64,000 nucleotides of DNA from Candidatus Avispirillum sp. (GCA_045597805.1 JAZLKW010000062.1:30083-94082); one strand, 5' to 3'; numbered from the stretch's first letter, positions 1 to 11,298 are shown. Numbers and translations: made by a program. Notes: generated from the sequence alone by a model not told the origin.

Positions 1-35
1 GCATAGAATTAAACCGAATAATTGGGGGGACTCCT

Positions 36-1553
36 ATGGACCGGCAGAAAAAATATATTCTCAATTCAATACTGCTTTCAGCCGTATCGGTGGTGATCCG
101 GGCGGTGACGGTCAGCTTCAACGCTTACGTGACGAGAAAAATCGGCACGGAAGCGGTCGGGCTTTTCACGCTCGTCATGAGCGTCTATACTCTTGCCGTC
201 ACCCTTGCCGTTTCCGGTGTAAATCTCGCTGCGGTGCGGATAACGTCGAAAAGCCTTGCTTTATGCACAAAAAACGGATACTCTGCCTCCGAAACACGAA
301 AAGTTCTTCGGCGCGATATGGCAGGTTGCTGTCTGTACTCGCTTATTTTCGGCAGTGTTTCGGGCCTTATACTGTTTTCATTATCGGATGTCATCGGAAT
401 CCATATTCTGTGTGATATAAGAACGGTTTCCTCATTAAAAGTGCTGTCCGCCGCACTCGTACCGATAGCTGTTTCATCGGCTCTCGCCGGATATTTCACG
501 GGACTACGCAAAATATACAAAAACGCGGTAGTATCGGTGGCCGAACAGTTTATCAAAATCACGCTCACATCCGCTGCGCTGGTGATAATTGCACCAAAAG
601 GCGTAGAATATGCCTGTCTTGCGGTAGTGGGAGGCTCCGCGCTGGCGGAAGCAGGCTCGATGATAACGTCGTTTCTGCTCTATATCACGGACAGAGTAAA
701 AACAAACGGAAGCGGCAAATGCGAAGTAAGAGAAAGGACCCGTGACAGCATAAAAAACGTAGGCACGATCGCGCTCCCTGTGGCATTGGGCTCATACGTA
801 CGGCAGGGGCTCACCTGCGCCGAGCACATCGCAATTCCGCGAGGACTCAAAAAATTCGGAGCAGATACCGCCGCGGCCCTGTCATCATACGGAGTACTGC
901 AAGGCATGGCGCTGCCGCTGATACTGTTTCCTTCCTCGGTCACAAGTGCGTTTTCCTCCCTGCTGATCCCCGAGCTTTCGGAATACTCGGCGTTGGGTCA
1001 AAAGCGCGAAATCGCAAGGACCGCAGAGCGGGCTGTCAGATTCTGTATGGTCTTTTCTATCGGTGCCGCCGCGATTTTTATTACATTCGGTCACGGCTTG
1101 GGACTGTCGGTTTACGGAAATACAGATTCCGGAAAATATATAGTCGCGTTGGCGGCACTTGTTCCGATAATGTATCTTGATACAACTGTGGACTGCATTC
1201 TCAAAGGGCTGGGAGAGCAGTTATTCTGCATGAAAGTGAACATCCTCGACGCCACTCTCAGCCTCATCATTGTCATCCTGCTGGTCCCTAAAATGGGAAT
1301 CCTCGGTTACATCATATGCATATATATGTCCGAATGTATAAACGCCGCACTGAGCATAGGCAAAACCGTATCTGTGACCGGGCTCAGGTTCAGAATTTCT
1401 TGGTTTCTTGTACCCTCGGTCACAGCAGCGTTTCTCTGCCTTGCCGTAAAGTTCGTTTCGGCACACGTATATATCGGGTCAGTAGCTATGGAGATCGCCC
1501 TGTTTTGCGGTCTCTACGCCGCTATATCATTCACCCTTATCAAATCTAAGTAA
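36..1553 (+). CDS. spoVB: SpoVB-like polysaccharide/lipid II flippase (MATE/MurJ superfamily)
   Basis: 505 aa, many hydrophobic helices; motifs IGTEAVGLF, YFTGLRK, LPLILFPS, ILKGLG typical of SpoVB-like proteins. Confidence 0.7.
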   Translation: MDRQKKYILNSILLSAVSVVIRAVTVSFNAYVTRKIGTEAVGLFTLVMSVYTLAVTLAVSGVNLAAVRITSKSLALCTKNGYSASETRKVLRRDMAGCCLYSLIFGSVSGLILFSLSDVIGIHILCDIRTVSSLKVLSAALVPIAVSSALAGYFTGLRKIYKNAVVSVAEQFIKITLTSAALVIIAPKGVEYACLAVVGGSALAEAGSMITSFLLYITDRVKTNGSGKCEVRERTRDSIKNVGTIALPVALGSYVRQGLTCAEHIAIPRGLKKFGADTAAALSSYGVLQGMALPLILFPSSVTSAFSSLLIPELSEYSALGQKREIARTAERAVRFCMVFSIGAAAIFITFGHGLGLSVYGNTDSGKYIVALAALVPIMYLDTTVDCILKGLGEQLFCMKVNILDATLSLIIVILLVPKMGILGYIICIYMSECINAALSIGKTVSVTGLRFRISWFLVPSVTAAFLCLAVKFVSAHVYIGSVAMEIALFCGLYAAISFTLIKSK

Positions 1554-1624
1554 TTATACCACGTTCGACATTATTTTACAAGTAAGTTTTTCCGACAATA
1601 AATATCACAAATTCAAAAAACGTA

Positions 1625-1653
1625 TTGACAAACGGACGCAGATACTGTATACT
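1625..1653 (+). promoter_or_regulatory. sigma-A promoter of tRNA-Val
   Basis: TTGACA-17 bp-TATACT ending 9 bp before the tRNA. Confidence 0.85.
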
Positions 1654-1662
1654 AATGCCTGC

Positions 1663-1739
1663 GAGGGTGTAGCTCAGCTGGTTAGAGTGTCTGCTTGACA
1701 TGCAGAAGGTCGGTGGTTCGAGTCCACTCATCCTCACCA
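1663..1739 (+). tRNA. tRNA-Val (GAC)
   Basis: Acceptor GAGGGTG/CATCCTC, AGCTCAGCTGGTTAGAG D-arm, anticodon arm CTGC-TTGACAT-GCAG, GGTTCGAGTCC, encoded CCA. Confidence 0.97.
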
Positions 1740-1741
1740 CG

Positions 1742-1771
1742 AAAAAAGCACTGCATTTGCAGTGCTTTTTT
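1742..1771. terminator. bidirectional intrinsic terminator
   Basis: AAAAAAGCACTGCA-TT-TGCAGTGCTTTTTT. Confidence 0.85.
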
Positions 1772-1859
1772 CAACGAAATTTGCGCGTAAATATTTTGGC
1801 AAATAAAAAGCACCGATCGCCGGAGCATGGCATCGGTGCTTTTCATCTGTTGAATTCTC

Positions 1860-2123
1860 TTAAGCAAGCTTGTTGAGTGCCAGAGTGAACTGACTCTTCT
1901 TGTGAGCTGCAGCGTTCTTATGGATAACGTTGCGGGCTGCTGCCTTGTCGATAATAACAACTGCTGCTTTGTAAGCTTCTGCAGCTGCTGCCTTGTCGCC
2001 GCTTTCTACTGCTGCATAGAACTTTTTGATAGTAGTCTTCATCTGGCTCTTGAACATCTTGTTGCGAAGAGTCTTGGCTGCAGTAACTTTTACGCGCTTT
2101 TTTGCACTTTTAATGTTAGGCAT
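1860..2123 (-). CDS. rpsT: 30S ribosomal protein S20
   Basis: MPNIKSAKKR...IHKNAAAHKKS; start set 6 nt after the GGAGG RBS. Confidence 0.97.
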   Translation of the reverse strand: MPNIKSAKKRVKVTAAKTLRNKMFKSQMKTTIKKFYAAVESGDKAAAAEAYKAAVVIIDKAAARNVIHKNAAAHKKSQFTLALNKLA

Positions 2124-2391
2124 TTTCATCCTCCTGATTAAAATAAAAGCGTCGCGTCAGCCTGAGAGGGTGCCTCAGCGAACAATCTCATACAACGGGT
2201 ATGATATCACACTCGATCCGGTTTTGCAAGTCTTTTTTTCATTTTTTTGAAATTATTTTTCTTTTTCCCGTAAAAAAGCACCGTAACCGAAAAAAACATA
2301 TAGTAAAAAGGTTGTAAAAGTCACACGTATATGTTAGAATATAATGAAATATAATTTCAAAGCGAAAGTTCATCGAAATTAAGGTGATAAA

Positions 2392-3570
2392 ATGGATAAG
2401 AACGAAAACAAGCAGAATGATGACGTCTATTCCCTGCTCAAGGGTTATTTTCCCGACGAATACGATATGTCTCCCGAGGAGCTGGAAAAGGCGATAGAAA
2501 CCGAAACAAAGGAAAGAGGTATCGCATTGGGGATTACGGATCCTCGCCGCAGTAATTCCGCAAAGAACGTTTCCCGCCAGCCGGAGAATGCGGCGAGAGA
2601 AGACACCGTCAAGTCCGATTTCACACTCGTTCCCGACAGCGAAACAGCTGCAGAGCTTGCTCCTTCCCTTGACGATAACCTTAACGGAATAGCCGGAATG
2701 TACAAGGACATGATCTCCGAGGACTTCACGGAAAAGTCACAGGAAGAGGCAGAGGACTTCGAAACGGTCTCAGAGTCCGGGAGCTTCTATGAGCTGCCGG
2801 ATACAGCAGAAACAGATATTCCCGTTCCGGGCGGTGTTGATGACGTCACGGACAACGATCTCATCAACGGATATGACTCTCTGGACGAGTTGTTCGATCA
2901 GCTTGAGTTTGCCGGGTATGACGGTGCGGGTATTGTAGACACTCCAAGCGAAGAGTTTGAAAAGCTTAATGAGCAGCCGGAGAACAGCACCGACAATAAC
3001 GGAAAAGCAATATCGAGGATAGACTGGTTTTTCGATTTTCTCGAGGTATTTACTGTTTGCATGGCGTGTATAATGATGTTCTTCGCTTTCGGTGCAAGAC
3101 TCACAAGAGTCGACGGCGGATCCATGAACGATACGCTTCTGAACGGACAGTATCTGGTCGTTTCCGATCTTTTCTATAAGCCCACCACCGGCGATATCGT
3201 AGTGCTCCAGAACACATCACTTGAAACGGCACAGCTCCGTGACCCTCTGGTAAAGCGTATCATGGCAGTCGGCGGAGAGACCATCACCATAAAAAACGAC
3301 GGTACCGTCACCGTGACTGACAAATACGGCAACACAAAAAAGCTTGATCAGAGCTTCACAAAGAAAGAGCCCTACCTTAAGAGCGAAATGAGCTGTACCG
3401 TACCAGATGGTTACGTGTTTGTGATGGGAGACAACAGGAACAACTCCACCGACAGCCGCGACCACAGAGTGGGTCTGATAGACGAGCGCTGCATATTCGG
3501 GAAAGCATATCTGCGCATCCTGCCTTTCGGCGACTTCACCATATTTGAAAATCCGTATAACGAGAAATAA
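2392..3570 (+). CDS. lepB: signal peptidase I with long acidic N-terminal extension
   Basis: TM helix then VDGGSMNDTL (catalytic Ser), LVKRI (Lys), FVMGDNRNNSTDSR; usual position before rbgA-rnhB. Confidence 0.9.
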   Translation: MDKNENKQNDDVYSLLKGYFPDEYDMSPEELEKAIETETKERGIALGITDPRRSNSAKNVSRQPENAAREDTVKSDFTLVPDSETAAELAPSLDDNLNGIAGMYKDMISEDFTEKSQEEAEDFETVSESGSFYELPDTAETDIPVPGGVDDVTDNDLINGYDSLDELFDQLEFAGYDGAGIVDTPSEEFEKLNEQPENSTDNNGKAISRIDWFFDFLEVFTVCMACIMMFFAFGARLTRVDGGSMNDTLLNGQYLVVSDLFYKPTTGDIVVLQNTSLETAQLRDPLVKRIMAVGGETITIKNDGTVTVTDKYGNTKKLDQSFTKKEPYLKSEMSCTVPDGYVFVMGDNRNNSTDSRDHRVGLIDERCIFGKAYLRILPFGDFTIFENPYNEK

Positions 3571-3571
3571 T

Positions 3572-4441
3572 ATGCCTTCACAACAGATACAGTGGTTTCC
3601 CGGGCACATGGCCAAGACCCGCCGCCTTATCTCGGAAAACCTGAAAAACGTAGATATAGTAATTGAGCTTCTGGACGCGAGAATACCGCAGAGCTCGAAA
3701 AATCCCGAGATCGCGGAGCTATGCGGGCAGAAGCCTACCCTGGTGCTTCTGAACAAATCGTCTCTCGCCGATCCCGCTGTCACCCGCAAATGGATAAGCT
3801 TATACGCCAAGGGCGGCATCACCGCTTTGAACGTAGACTGCATCACGGGCGAAAATCTGAACAAGATCGGCACCGCGGTACGGGAGATACTCAGCGACAA
3901 GCTTAAAAAGTACGAGGAAAAAGGAATGGCAGGCAAAAAGCTCCGTGCCATGATCGTAGGAATACCCAACGTGGGCAAATCCTCCCTCGTCAACAGACTT
4001 TCCGGGCAAAAGAAAGCAAAGGTGGAAAACCGCCCGGGCGTCACGCTGAACAAGCAGTGGGTCACAACAAATCAGGGCTTTGAACTTCTCGATATGCCCG
4101 GCGTGCTCTGGCCGAAATTCGAGGACAGGCTGACAGGTGAGAATCTTGCCGCCACAGGTGCTATAAAGGACGCCATACTTGACACGGAAGAACTGGGAAT
4201 GATACTGGCTAAAAGGCTTTTCGACCTGTATCCCGATCTTTTCTGTGAAAGATATAAGCTCTTGAAATCGGACGTTGAAGAGCTTGACTCATATGACCTG
4301 CTCTGCGCTGTCGGAAAGAAACGCGGCTTTCTGGTCTCAGGCGGGGAGATAAACACGGAACGTACGGCTATAATGCTTCTCGATGAGTTCAGAGGCTCGA
4401 AAATAGGAAGAATTACACTGGAGATTCCCGACAATGCTTGA
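3572..4441 (+). CDS. rbgA: ribosome biogenesis GTPase RbgA/YlqF
   Basis: IQWFPGHMAK, DARIP, GIPNVGKSS, LLDMPGVLWPKFED. Confidence 0.96.
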   Translation: MPSQQIQWFPGHMAKTRRLISENLKNVDIVIELLDARIPQSSKNPEIAELCGQKPTLVLLNKSSLADPAVTRKWISLYAKGGITALNVDCITGENLNKIGTAVREILSDKLKKYEEKGMAGKKLRAMIVGIPNVGKSSLVNRLSGQKKAKVENRPGVTLNKQWVTTNQGFELLDMPGVLWPKFEDRLTGENLAATGAIKDAILDTEELGMILAKRLFDLYPDLFCERYKLLKSDVEELDSYDLLCAVGKKRGFLVSGGEINTERTAIMLLDEFRGSKIGRITLEIPDNA

Positions 4442-5075
4442 CCTTTCATTTGAAGAACAGTTCCGCCTTGCGGGCTATAAGATTATCTGCGGCACAGATG
4501 AGGCGGGCCGCGGTCCTTTAGCCGGTCCCGTTGTAGCTGGTGCCTGCATACTGCCGGAGGGTCTTGTTATCGAGGGTCTGGATGACTCCAAAAAACTCAC
4601 GGAAAAGAAACGCGAAAAGCTGTATGACGTAATTACAGAAAAAGCCCTCGCTTGGAGCGTCGCTCTGTCAACCCCCGAAGAGATAGACGAGATAAACATT
4701 TTAAACGCTTCCCTCCAGGCCATGCGCCGTGCCATTGACGGACTTTCCGTAAAGCCGGACTTCGTTCTGGTAGACGGAAACATCGACCGTGGATTTCAGA
4801 TCCCCGCCAAGGCAGTCGTCAGCGGAGACGCCATCTCGCAGTCCATCGCCGCCGCGTCTATCCTTGCCAAGGTGACAAGAGACAGGATGTGTGCGGAGCT
4901 TGACGAATTATACCCTCAGTACGGTTTTTCAAAGCACAAGGGATACCCGACGAAAGACCATAAGCTCGCAGTATACGAGTACGGTCCCAGTCCATGCCAC
5001 AGAAAATCATTCCTATCGTTCCTCGAGCGCGACCGTGAGAAGCTGGAAGAGGCTCTGAAAAAGAAAAATGGATAA
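4434..5075 (+). CDS. rnhB: ribonuclease HII
   Basis: GTDEAGRGPLAGPV, DDSKKL, IAAASILAKVTRD, HKGYPT. Confidence 0.97.
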   Translation: MLDLSFEEQFRLAGYKIICGTDEAGRGPLAGPVVAGACILPEGLVIEGLDDSKKLTEKKREKLYDVITEKALAWSVALSTPEEIDEINILNASLQAMRRAIDGLSVKPDFVLVDGNIDRGFQIPAKAVVSGDAISQSIAAASILAKVTRDRMCAELDELYPQYGFSKHKGYPTKDHKLAVYEYGPSPCHRKSFLSFLERDREKLEEALKKKNG

Positions 5076-5460
5076 AAAAGAAACGGGCAGGCGCGGCGAG
5101 ACCAGTGCTGCCGCATTTCTTATGGGAAAAGGCTACAAGATCGTGGAGAGAAATGCCCGTGTGGGGCACCTCGAAACGGATATAATAGCAAAAAACGACA
5201 GGAATATCATTTTCGTCGAAGTAAAGACCCGGCGGGAATACCCGGACACCTACCACCGTTTCGGAAGACCCTCTGCGGCGGTAGACCGCAGGAAACAGAC
5301 AAAACTGATCGCGGCTGCGGAGGAATATATGCGACGCAACCGAGAAGCAGTATCAGGACTGATACCGAGACTTGACGTTGTTGAGGTCTACCTCAGCCCG
5401 AAGACAGAAGACTATAAAGTTATAAAAATTCTACATATGGAAAATGCCATTCATAGATGA
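5068..5460 (+). CDS. yraN: YraN family (UPF0102) predicted endonuclease
   Basis: G..GE..A..FL..KGY.I..RN, ETDII, FVEVKTR; follows rnhB. Confidence 0.9.
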   Translation: MDKKETGRRGETSAAAFLMGKGYKIVERNARVGHLETDIIAKNDRNIIFVEVKTRREYPDTYHRFGRPSAAVDRRKQTKLIAAAEEYMRRNREAVSGLIPRLDVVEVYLSPKTEDYKVIKILHMENAIHR

Positions 5461-5478
5461 TGGCATATCGGAATAATC

Positions 5479-6963
5479 ATGAAATATCAAAGCACAAGAA
5501 ACACATCGAACACTCCCGTAAAGGTTTGTGCGGCAGAAGCCATCAAAAAAGGACTGGCACCTGACCGCGGCCTTTACATGCCTGAGAGCATCCCTGCGCT
5601 TACCGCCTCCGATATCGAAAAGCTCCGCACTCTTCCCTATGAAAAAAGAGCGTGTGAGGTCCTTTCCGTGTTCCTGACGGATTATGACAAGGATAAGCTT
5701 CTCAACGACTGTACGGAAGCATATTCCGAAAAGCGCTTCCCGGGCGGCGCCGCACAGCTGAAAGATATAGGACACGGAAGATATTCTCTTGAGCTCTGGC
5801 ACGGTCCCACCTGTGCTTTCAAGGATATGGCATTACAGATCATGCCCCGTCTGCTCTCGTCAGCTCTCGAAATGACCGGTGAGAAAAGACGCGCTCACAT
5901 TCTCGTTGCCACCTCGGGAGACACCGGTAAAGCGGCTCTTGAAGGATACAGAGACGTCCCCGGTGTGGATATCACAGTATTCTTCCCCAACGACGGTGTC
6001 AGTCGTATGCAGAAGCTTCAGATGACCACCCAGCAGGGTGAAAACGTCAACGTTGCGGCGGTATTCGGCAATTTCGATGACGCGCAGAACGGCGTCAAAG
6101 CCATCTTTGCAGACACCGGTCTCGCCGATAGAGCCGGGGAAAACGGCTTCTTCTTCTCAAGCGCAAATTCCATAAACTGGGGCAGACTGGCTCCTCAGAT
6201 AGTATACTACATCTCCGCGTACTGCGATCTCGTGAACGAAGGCAGGATCAGTAACGGCGAGCCCATAAACGTCTGTGTACCCACAGGAAACTTCGGTAAT
6301 ATTTTCGCCGCATACATAGCGAGAAAAATGGGGCTCCCCGTAAAGCGTCTCATATGCGCTTCCAATGCGAACTGCGTTCTGACAGACTTCATCCGCACGG
6401 GAACGTATGACAGGAACAGAGAGTTCTACAAGACCACATCCCCCTCCATGGATATCCTCATATCCTCCAATCTCGAAAGACTTCTTTACCTCACTGCAGG
6501 TCCCGCAGAGACCGCGAAATATATGAATGAGCTCTCCGAGAACGGGAAATATACCGTTTCCGATGACGTGCTCCGTGAGATCTCTTCCTTATTCGCAGGC
6601 TTCTGCTGTCCCGAGGATAAGACCGCAGAGGTGATAAAGAAAACCTTTGAGAAGGACGGATATCTGGTGGATACACACACCGCCGTCGCCATCGGCTGTC
6701 TTGATGAATACAGAGAAGTCTCCGGCGATGCTACGGTGACCGTCATAGCCTCCACAGCGAGCCCATACAAATTCGCGGCAGACGTGTGCGCGGCACTCGG
6801 ATATCCCACCGATGCAGAAGATCCCGCAAAATTCCTTTCGAAGCTGGAGGAGATCAGCGGCACAAAGGCGCCCGCACCTCTGACAAATACTCTTACCATG
6901 CCTGTTCGCTTTAATACTACTATCGATCCCGCAGACATGGCAGATTACATTTTCAAAAACTGA
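5479..6963 (+). CDS. thrC: threonine synthase
   Basis: MKYQSTR, LELWHGPTCAFKDMAL, ATSGDTG, NSINWGR, VPTGNFGN. Confidence 0.96.
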   Translation: MKYQSTRNTSNTPVKVCAAEAIKKGLAPDRGLYMPESIPALTASDIEKLRTLPYEKRACEVLSVFLTDYDKDKLLNDCTEAYSEKRFPGGAAQLKDIGHGRYSLELWHGPTCAFKDMALQIMPRLLSSALEMTGEKRRAHILVATSGDTGKAALEGYRDVPGVDITVFFPNDGVSRMQKLQMTTQQGENVNVAAVFGNFDDAQNGVKAIFADTGLADRAGENGFFFSSANSINWGRLAPQIVYYISAYCDLVNEGRISNGEPINVCVPTGNFGNIFAAYIARKMGLPVKRLICASNANCVLTDFIRTGTYDRNREFYKTTSPSMDILISSNLERLLYLTAGPAETAKYMNELSENGKYTVSDDVLREISSLFAGFCCPEDKTAEVIKKTFEKDGYLVDTHTAVAIGCLDEYREVSGDATVTVIASTASPYKFAADVCAALGYPTDAEDPAKFLSKLEEISGTKAPAPLTNTLTMPVRFNTTIDPADMADYIFKN

Positions 6964-6964
6964 T

Positions 6965-7690
6965 ATGTCTTTATTTTCCATAGCAGACCTGCATCTGTCC
7001 CTCACATCCGGAAAGCCCATGGACAAATTCGGCGCCCGCTGGATAGACTATACCGAAAAAATCGAAAAGCGCTGGCGCGCTGTTGTCAGCGCAAACGACA
7101 CAGTGGTAGTCGCCGGAGATATTTCCTGGGGAATAGATCTTAAGGAAGCCGCGGAGGATTTCAGATTCATTGAAGCCCTGCCCGGCAGAAAGATCATAGG
7201 CAAGGGAAACCACGATTACTGGTGGCCAACCCAGGCAAAGCTGGACGCTTTCAAAGCGGAAAACGGATTTGAGACAATAGATTTTCTCTTCAACAACGCT
7301 TACGAAACCGAGGATTACGTAATCGCGGGCACAAGAGGCTGGTACGTGGAAGAGAAAATGCAGCAGAAAGAAAATACGGATTATGATAAGATCGTCGCCC
7401 GCGAAAACGGCAGGCTGAGACTGAGCCTCGAAGAAGCGGCAAAGCTTCGGGAAAGTTCCGGAAAGCCCATTTTAGTGTACTTCCACTTCCCTCCCGTTTT
7501 CGGAGATTTCAGCTGCGGAGAGTTCATCGAGACCATGAAAGAATACGGAGTTAAAAACTGTTATTTCGGACATATCCACGGTAATTACCACGTTCCCAGG
7601 ACCACCGAGACAGACGGTATTTCCATGACGCTCGTTTCCGCTGATTACCTGAATTTCATCCCAATGGTAACTATGCCGTTGGATTATTGA
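6965..7690 (+). CDS. calcineurin-like metallophosphoesterase
   Basis: ADLHL, AGDISW, GNHDYW, FGHIH motifs. Confidence 0.88.
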   Translation: MSLFSIADLHLSLTSGKPMDKFGARWIDYTEKIEKRWRAVVSANDTVVVAGDISWGIDLKEAAEDFRFIEALPGRKIIGKGNHDYWWPTQAKLDAFKAENGFETIDFLFNNAYETEDYVIAGTRGWYVEEKMQQKENTDYDKIVARENGRLRLSLEEAAKLRESSGKPILVYFHFPPVFGDFSCGEFIETMKEYGVKNCYFGHIHGNYHVPRTTETDGISMTLVSADYLNFIPMVTMPLDY

Positions 7691-7718
7691 AAACAACAAA
7701 GTTTTTCCCCGAAAATTG

Positions 7719-7747
7719 TTGACATTTTACAAAAAGTTTAGTATTAT
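7719..7747 (+). promoter_or_regulatory. sigma-A promoter of tig-clpP-clpX
   Basis: TTGACA-17 bp-TATTAT. Confidence 0.65.
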
Positions 7748-7808
7748 ATTGAAAGGCAATTTTTAAAAAAAGAAAAAGTACAAAAGTACAGGAGAAAGGC
7801 AAAACATT

Positions 7809-9380
7809 ATGAGCTTGAATTCATCCAAACTTATCGACAAAAATCTCTACGAGCTGAAGATCGGTATCGACGCTGAGACCTTCGGCGCCGCTGTAAACAA
7901 GGTTTACAGAAGGCAGGCGAAGAACATCACCGTTCCCGGCTTCAGAAAAGGCAAGGCTCCCCGTACCATCATCGAGAAGATGTACGGCAAGGGCGTATTC
8001 TATGAGGACGCCATCAACGACCTCATTCCCGAAGCATATGAGGACGCAGTCAAGGAAGCAGCGCTCGATGTAGTGGGTCAGCCCGAATTTGACGTTGAAA
8101 CCGTTGACGAGAACGGTGTCGTCCTCGTCGTTAAAGTATATGTAAAGCCCGAAGTCAAGATCGAGGGCTACAAGGGCATCGAGGTGGTAAGAAAGGTCGA
8201 GAAGACCACCGCCGCAGAGGTGAAAGCCGAAATCGACAGAGTACGTGACCGCAACGCGAGAATGGTTGACGTTGAGGATCGCGCGGCAAAGATCGCCGAC
8301 ACCGCTAACATCGACTACGAGGGATTTGTAGACGGCAAGGCATTTGACGGCGGCAAGGGCGAGGGTCATGACCTCATCCTCGGCTCCGGTCAGTTCATCC
8401 CCGGCTTCGAGGATCAGATCGTAGGTCACAATATCGGCGATGAGTTCGACGTTGTTGTCACCTTCCCTGAAGAGTACCACGCAGAAGAGCTGGCAGGCAA
8501 GGAAGCTACCTTCAAGACCAAGCTCAACGCTCTGAAGCTGAAAGAGCTCCCCGTGGCTGACGACGAGTTTGCACGCGACGTTTCCGATTTTGACACGTTT
8601 GCTGAATATGAGGCTGACGTTAAGGCAAAAATCACAAAGAGAAAAGAAGATGCTGCAGACTCCGATGTAGAGGGTCAGCTCATCGACGCTCTTATCGAAA
8701 AGCTTGACGCTGACATTCCCGAGGCAATGTTCAAGGCAGAGACCGAGAACTTCGTGCGTGATTACGACACAAGGCTCCGCATGCAGGGTCTCGACCTCAA
8801 GACATATTTCCAGTACACCGGAATGACTCTTGATCAGCTCCGTGAACAGCTCCGTCCTCAGGCAGAGAAGCAGGTGAAGACCCGCCTCGCACTTGAGAAG
8901 ATCGCAGAGCTTGAAAAAGTCACCGCCACCGACGATGAAATCGAGGCAGAATTCAACCGTCTGGCAGAGGCTTACGGCATGGAAGCAGACAAGATCAAGG
9001 AAACAATCGCTGCAGAAGATATCGCAGCTGACCTCAAGGTCAAAAAGGCAGTCGATCTCGTAAAGGAAGCGGCATCGATAAAGAAGCCCGCCGCAAAGAA
9101 AGCTGCAGCAAAGAAAGCTGACGCAGAATCTGAAGTTGAGTCCGCTGACGGAAAACCGGCTGCAAAGAAGGCTCCCGCAAAGAAAGCCCCTGCAAAGAAG
9201 GCTGAAGGCGAGACTGCTGAGAAGAAGCCCGCTGCAAAGAAGGCTCCTGCGAAGAAGGCTGAAGGCGAGACTGCTGAGAAGAAACCCGCAGCAAAGAAAG
9301 CTCCTGCGAAGAAGGCTGAAGGCGAGACCGCCGAAAAGAAGCCTGCTGCAAAAAAGGCTCCCGCAAAGAAAGCTGAATAA
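7809..9380 (+). CDS. tig: trigger factor with Lys/Ala/Pro-rich C-terminal tail
   Basis: [10 protein letters not shown] ribosome-binding motif, FKBP domain ([20 protein letters not shown]); upstream of clpP-clpX. Confidence 0.97.
   Translation: MSLNSSKLIDKNLYELKIGIDAETFGAAVNKVYRRQAKNITVPGFRKGKAPRTIIEKMYGKGVFYEDAINDLIPEAYEDAVKEAALDVVGQPEFDVETVDENGVVLVVKVYVKPEVKIEGYKGIEVVRKVEKTTAAEVKAEIDRVRDRNARMVDVEDRAAKIADTANIDYEGFVDGKAFDGGKGEGHDLILGSGQFIPGFEDQIVGHNIGDEFDVVVTFPEEYHAEELAGKEATFKTKLNALKLKELPVADDEFARDVSDFDTFAEYEADVKAKITKRKEDAADSDVEGQLIDALIEKLDADIPEAMFKAETENFVRDYDTRLRMQGLDLKTYFQYTGMTLDQLREQLRPQAEKQVKTRLALEKIAELEKVTATDDEIEAEFNRLAEAYGMEADKIKETIAAEDIAADLKVKKAVDLVKEAASIKKPAAKKAAAKKADAESEVESADGKPAAKKAPAKKAPAKKAEGETAEKKPAAKKAPAKKAEGETAEKKPAAKKAPAKKAEGETAEKKPAAKKAPAKKAE
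9081..9377 (+). repeat. coding tandem repeat, 57-bp unit [19 protein letters not shown]
   Basis: About three near-complete copies plus partial copies, with synonymous differences between them. Confidence 0.9.
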
Positions 9381-9450
9381 TCACATAAATAAATTACCGC
9401 TGCCTCACGACGGCGGTAATTTTATCATAAAGAAGAAAGGAAACAGTATT

Positions 9451-10032
9451 ATGGCATTAGTACCGACCGTTATCGAACAGACCAGCAGAGGCGAAAGAGC
9501 ATATGACATATACTCAAGACTTCTCAACGACAGAATAGTATTTTTGGCAGATGAGGTCAACGACGTGACCGCTTCTCTCGTTGTAGCACAGCTTCTTTTC
9601 CTTGAAGCTCAGGATCCCGACAAGGATATTTGTCTCTACATCAACAGCCCCGGCGGAAGCGTTTCCGCAGGTCTCGCAATATACGACACCATGAATTTCA
9701 TTAAATGTGACGTTTCTACCACCTGTATCGGTATGGCGGCGTCCATGGGTGCGTTCCTGCTTTCCAGCGGCGCAAAGGGAAAGAGATTCGCGCTTCCCAA
9801 CAGCGAGATCATGATACACCAGCCTCTGGGCGGAATGCAGGGTCAGGCATCTGACATCAAGATCCACGCAGACCATATCCTCAAGACTAAGGCAAAGCTC
9901 AACGAGATTCTGGCAAAGAACACCGGACGTCCTTTGGACGAGATCATCCGTGATACCGACCGTGACAATTTCCTTACTGCGGAGGAAGCAATGCAGTACG
10001 GTCTCGTTGACAAAGTTATCGAAAAGAGATAA
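9451..10032 (+). CDS. clpP: ATP-dependent Clp protease proteolytic subunit
   Basis: [52 protein letters not shown] before ATG 9451. Confidence 0.97.
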   Translation: MALVPTVIEQTSRGERAYDIYSRLLNDRIVFLADEVNDVTASLVVAQLLFLEAQDPDKDICLYINSPGGSVSAGLAIYDTMNFIKCDVSTTCIGMAASMGAFLLSSGAKGKRFALPNSEIMIHQPLGGMQGQASDIKIHADHILKTKAKLNEILAKNTGRPLDEIIRDTDRDNFLTAEEAMQYGLVDKVIEKR

Positions 10033-10038
10033 ACCCGT

Positions 10039-11298
10039 ATGGCAGAGAATAAAGATATCCTAAGACGGTGCGCGTTCTGCGGCAGGGCTGAGGATCAGGT
10101 CATGTTCCTGATCCCCTCCCCTACCGGAGTATATATCTGCGACAACTGTATAGAGGTGTGCAACGAGCTGATATACGACAGCACGGATAATTCAGACACG
10201 TACCAGCTGAGTGCCGACAGTCTTCCCCGCCCGGCTGAGATCAAGGCTTCTCTTGACGAATATATCATCGGTCAGGATAGGGCCAAGATCAGCCTCAGTG
10301 TAGCCGTATACAACCACTACAAGCGGCTGCTGTACAAAGACAGCAAGCAGAAGTCAAAGGATCCGGAAGACGAGGTTGAGATACAGAAGAGCAATGTTCT
10401 GCTTATAGGTCCAACAGGTGTGGGAAAGACATTCCTCGCGCAGACCCTTGCGAAAACGCTTAAGGTCCCCTTCGCCATCGCAGACGCAACCACTCTCACC
10501 GAGGCGGGATACGTTGGTGAGGATGTGGAAAATATTCTCCTTCGCCTCATTCAGGCCGCAGACTACGACGTGGAAGCAGCTGAGCGCGGTATCATTTATA
10601 TCGACGAGATAGACAAGATATCGAGAAGAAGTGAAAACCGTTCCATCACCCGCGACGTTTCCGGAGAGGGCGTTCAGCAGGCACTTCTGAAGATCCTTGA
10701 GGGCACAGTTGCCAATGTTCCCCCGCAGGGCGGCAGAAAGCACCCCAACCAGGAGTTCATACAGATCAACACCGAGAATATCCTGTTCATCTGCGGCGGG
10801 GCTTTCGATACGCTCGACCAGATAATAGAGCAGCGCAAAGGAAACTCGGTCATGGGCTTCGGCGGCGAGGTGCAGACAAAGGAAGAAAAGCAGAAGAATG
10901 AAATATTCAAGGATGTGACCGCTCACGATATAGTGAAATTCGGTCTCATCCCCGAGCTTGTCGGCAGACTCCCCGTCATCGTAGGACTTGACAGTCTCGA
11001 CGAAAAAGCACTTGTAAGGATACTAAAAGAGCCCAAGAACTCTCTGACAAAGCAGTATAAGAAGCTGTTTGAGATGGACGGCGTGAAGCTTGAATTTGAA
11101 GAAAGTGCTCTCTCGGCCATCGCAAAACAGGCGATAGATCGCCGCACCGGAGCAAGAGGACTCCGTTCGATCCTCGAGGAGCATATGACCGACATAATGT
11201 TCGATATTCCCTCCAGAGACGATGTCGCCGAGGTGCATGTGACCACAAAATGCATAAACAGTAATACTGCACCCAAAATAATCAAAAAGCGAGCTTAA
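10039..11298 (+). CDS. clpX: Clp protease ATP-binding subunit ClpX
   Basis: C4 zinc finger, [31 protein letters not shown]. Confidence 0.98.
   Translation: MAENKDILRRCAFCGRAEDQVMFLIPSPTGVYICDNCIEVCNELIYDSTDNSDTYQLSADSLPRPAEIKASLDEYIIGQDRAKISLSVAVYNHYKRLLYKDSKQKSKDPEDEVEIQKSNVLLIGPTGVGKTFLAQTLAKTLKVPFAIADATTLTEAGYVGEDVENILLRLIQAADYDVEAAERGIIYIDEIDKISRRSENRSITRDVSGEGVQQALLKILEGTVANVPPQGGRKHPNQEFIQINTENILFICGGAFDTLDQIIEQRKGNSVMGFGGEVQTKEEKQKNEIFKDVTAHDIVKFGLIPELVGRLPVIVGLDSLDEKALVRILKEPKNSLTKQYKKLFEMDGVKLEFEESALSAIAKQAIDRRTGARGLRSILEEHMTDIMFDIPSRDDVAEVHVTTKCINSNTAPKIIKKRA

Noticed and set aside
9136..9450. Arg/Leu-rich N-terminal extension of ClpP in the ORF track
   Set aside because: It is an off-frame reading of the tig repeats; the real start is ATG 9451 with its own RBS.
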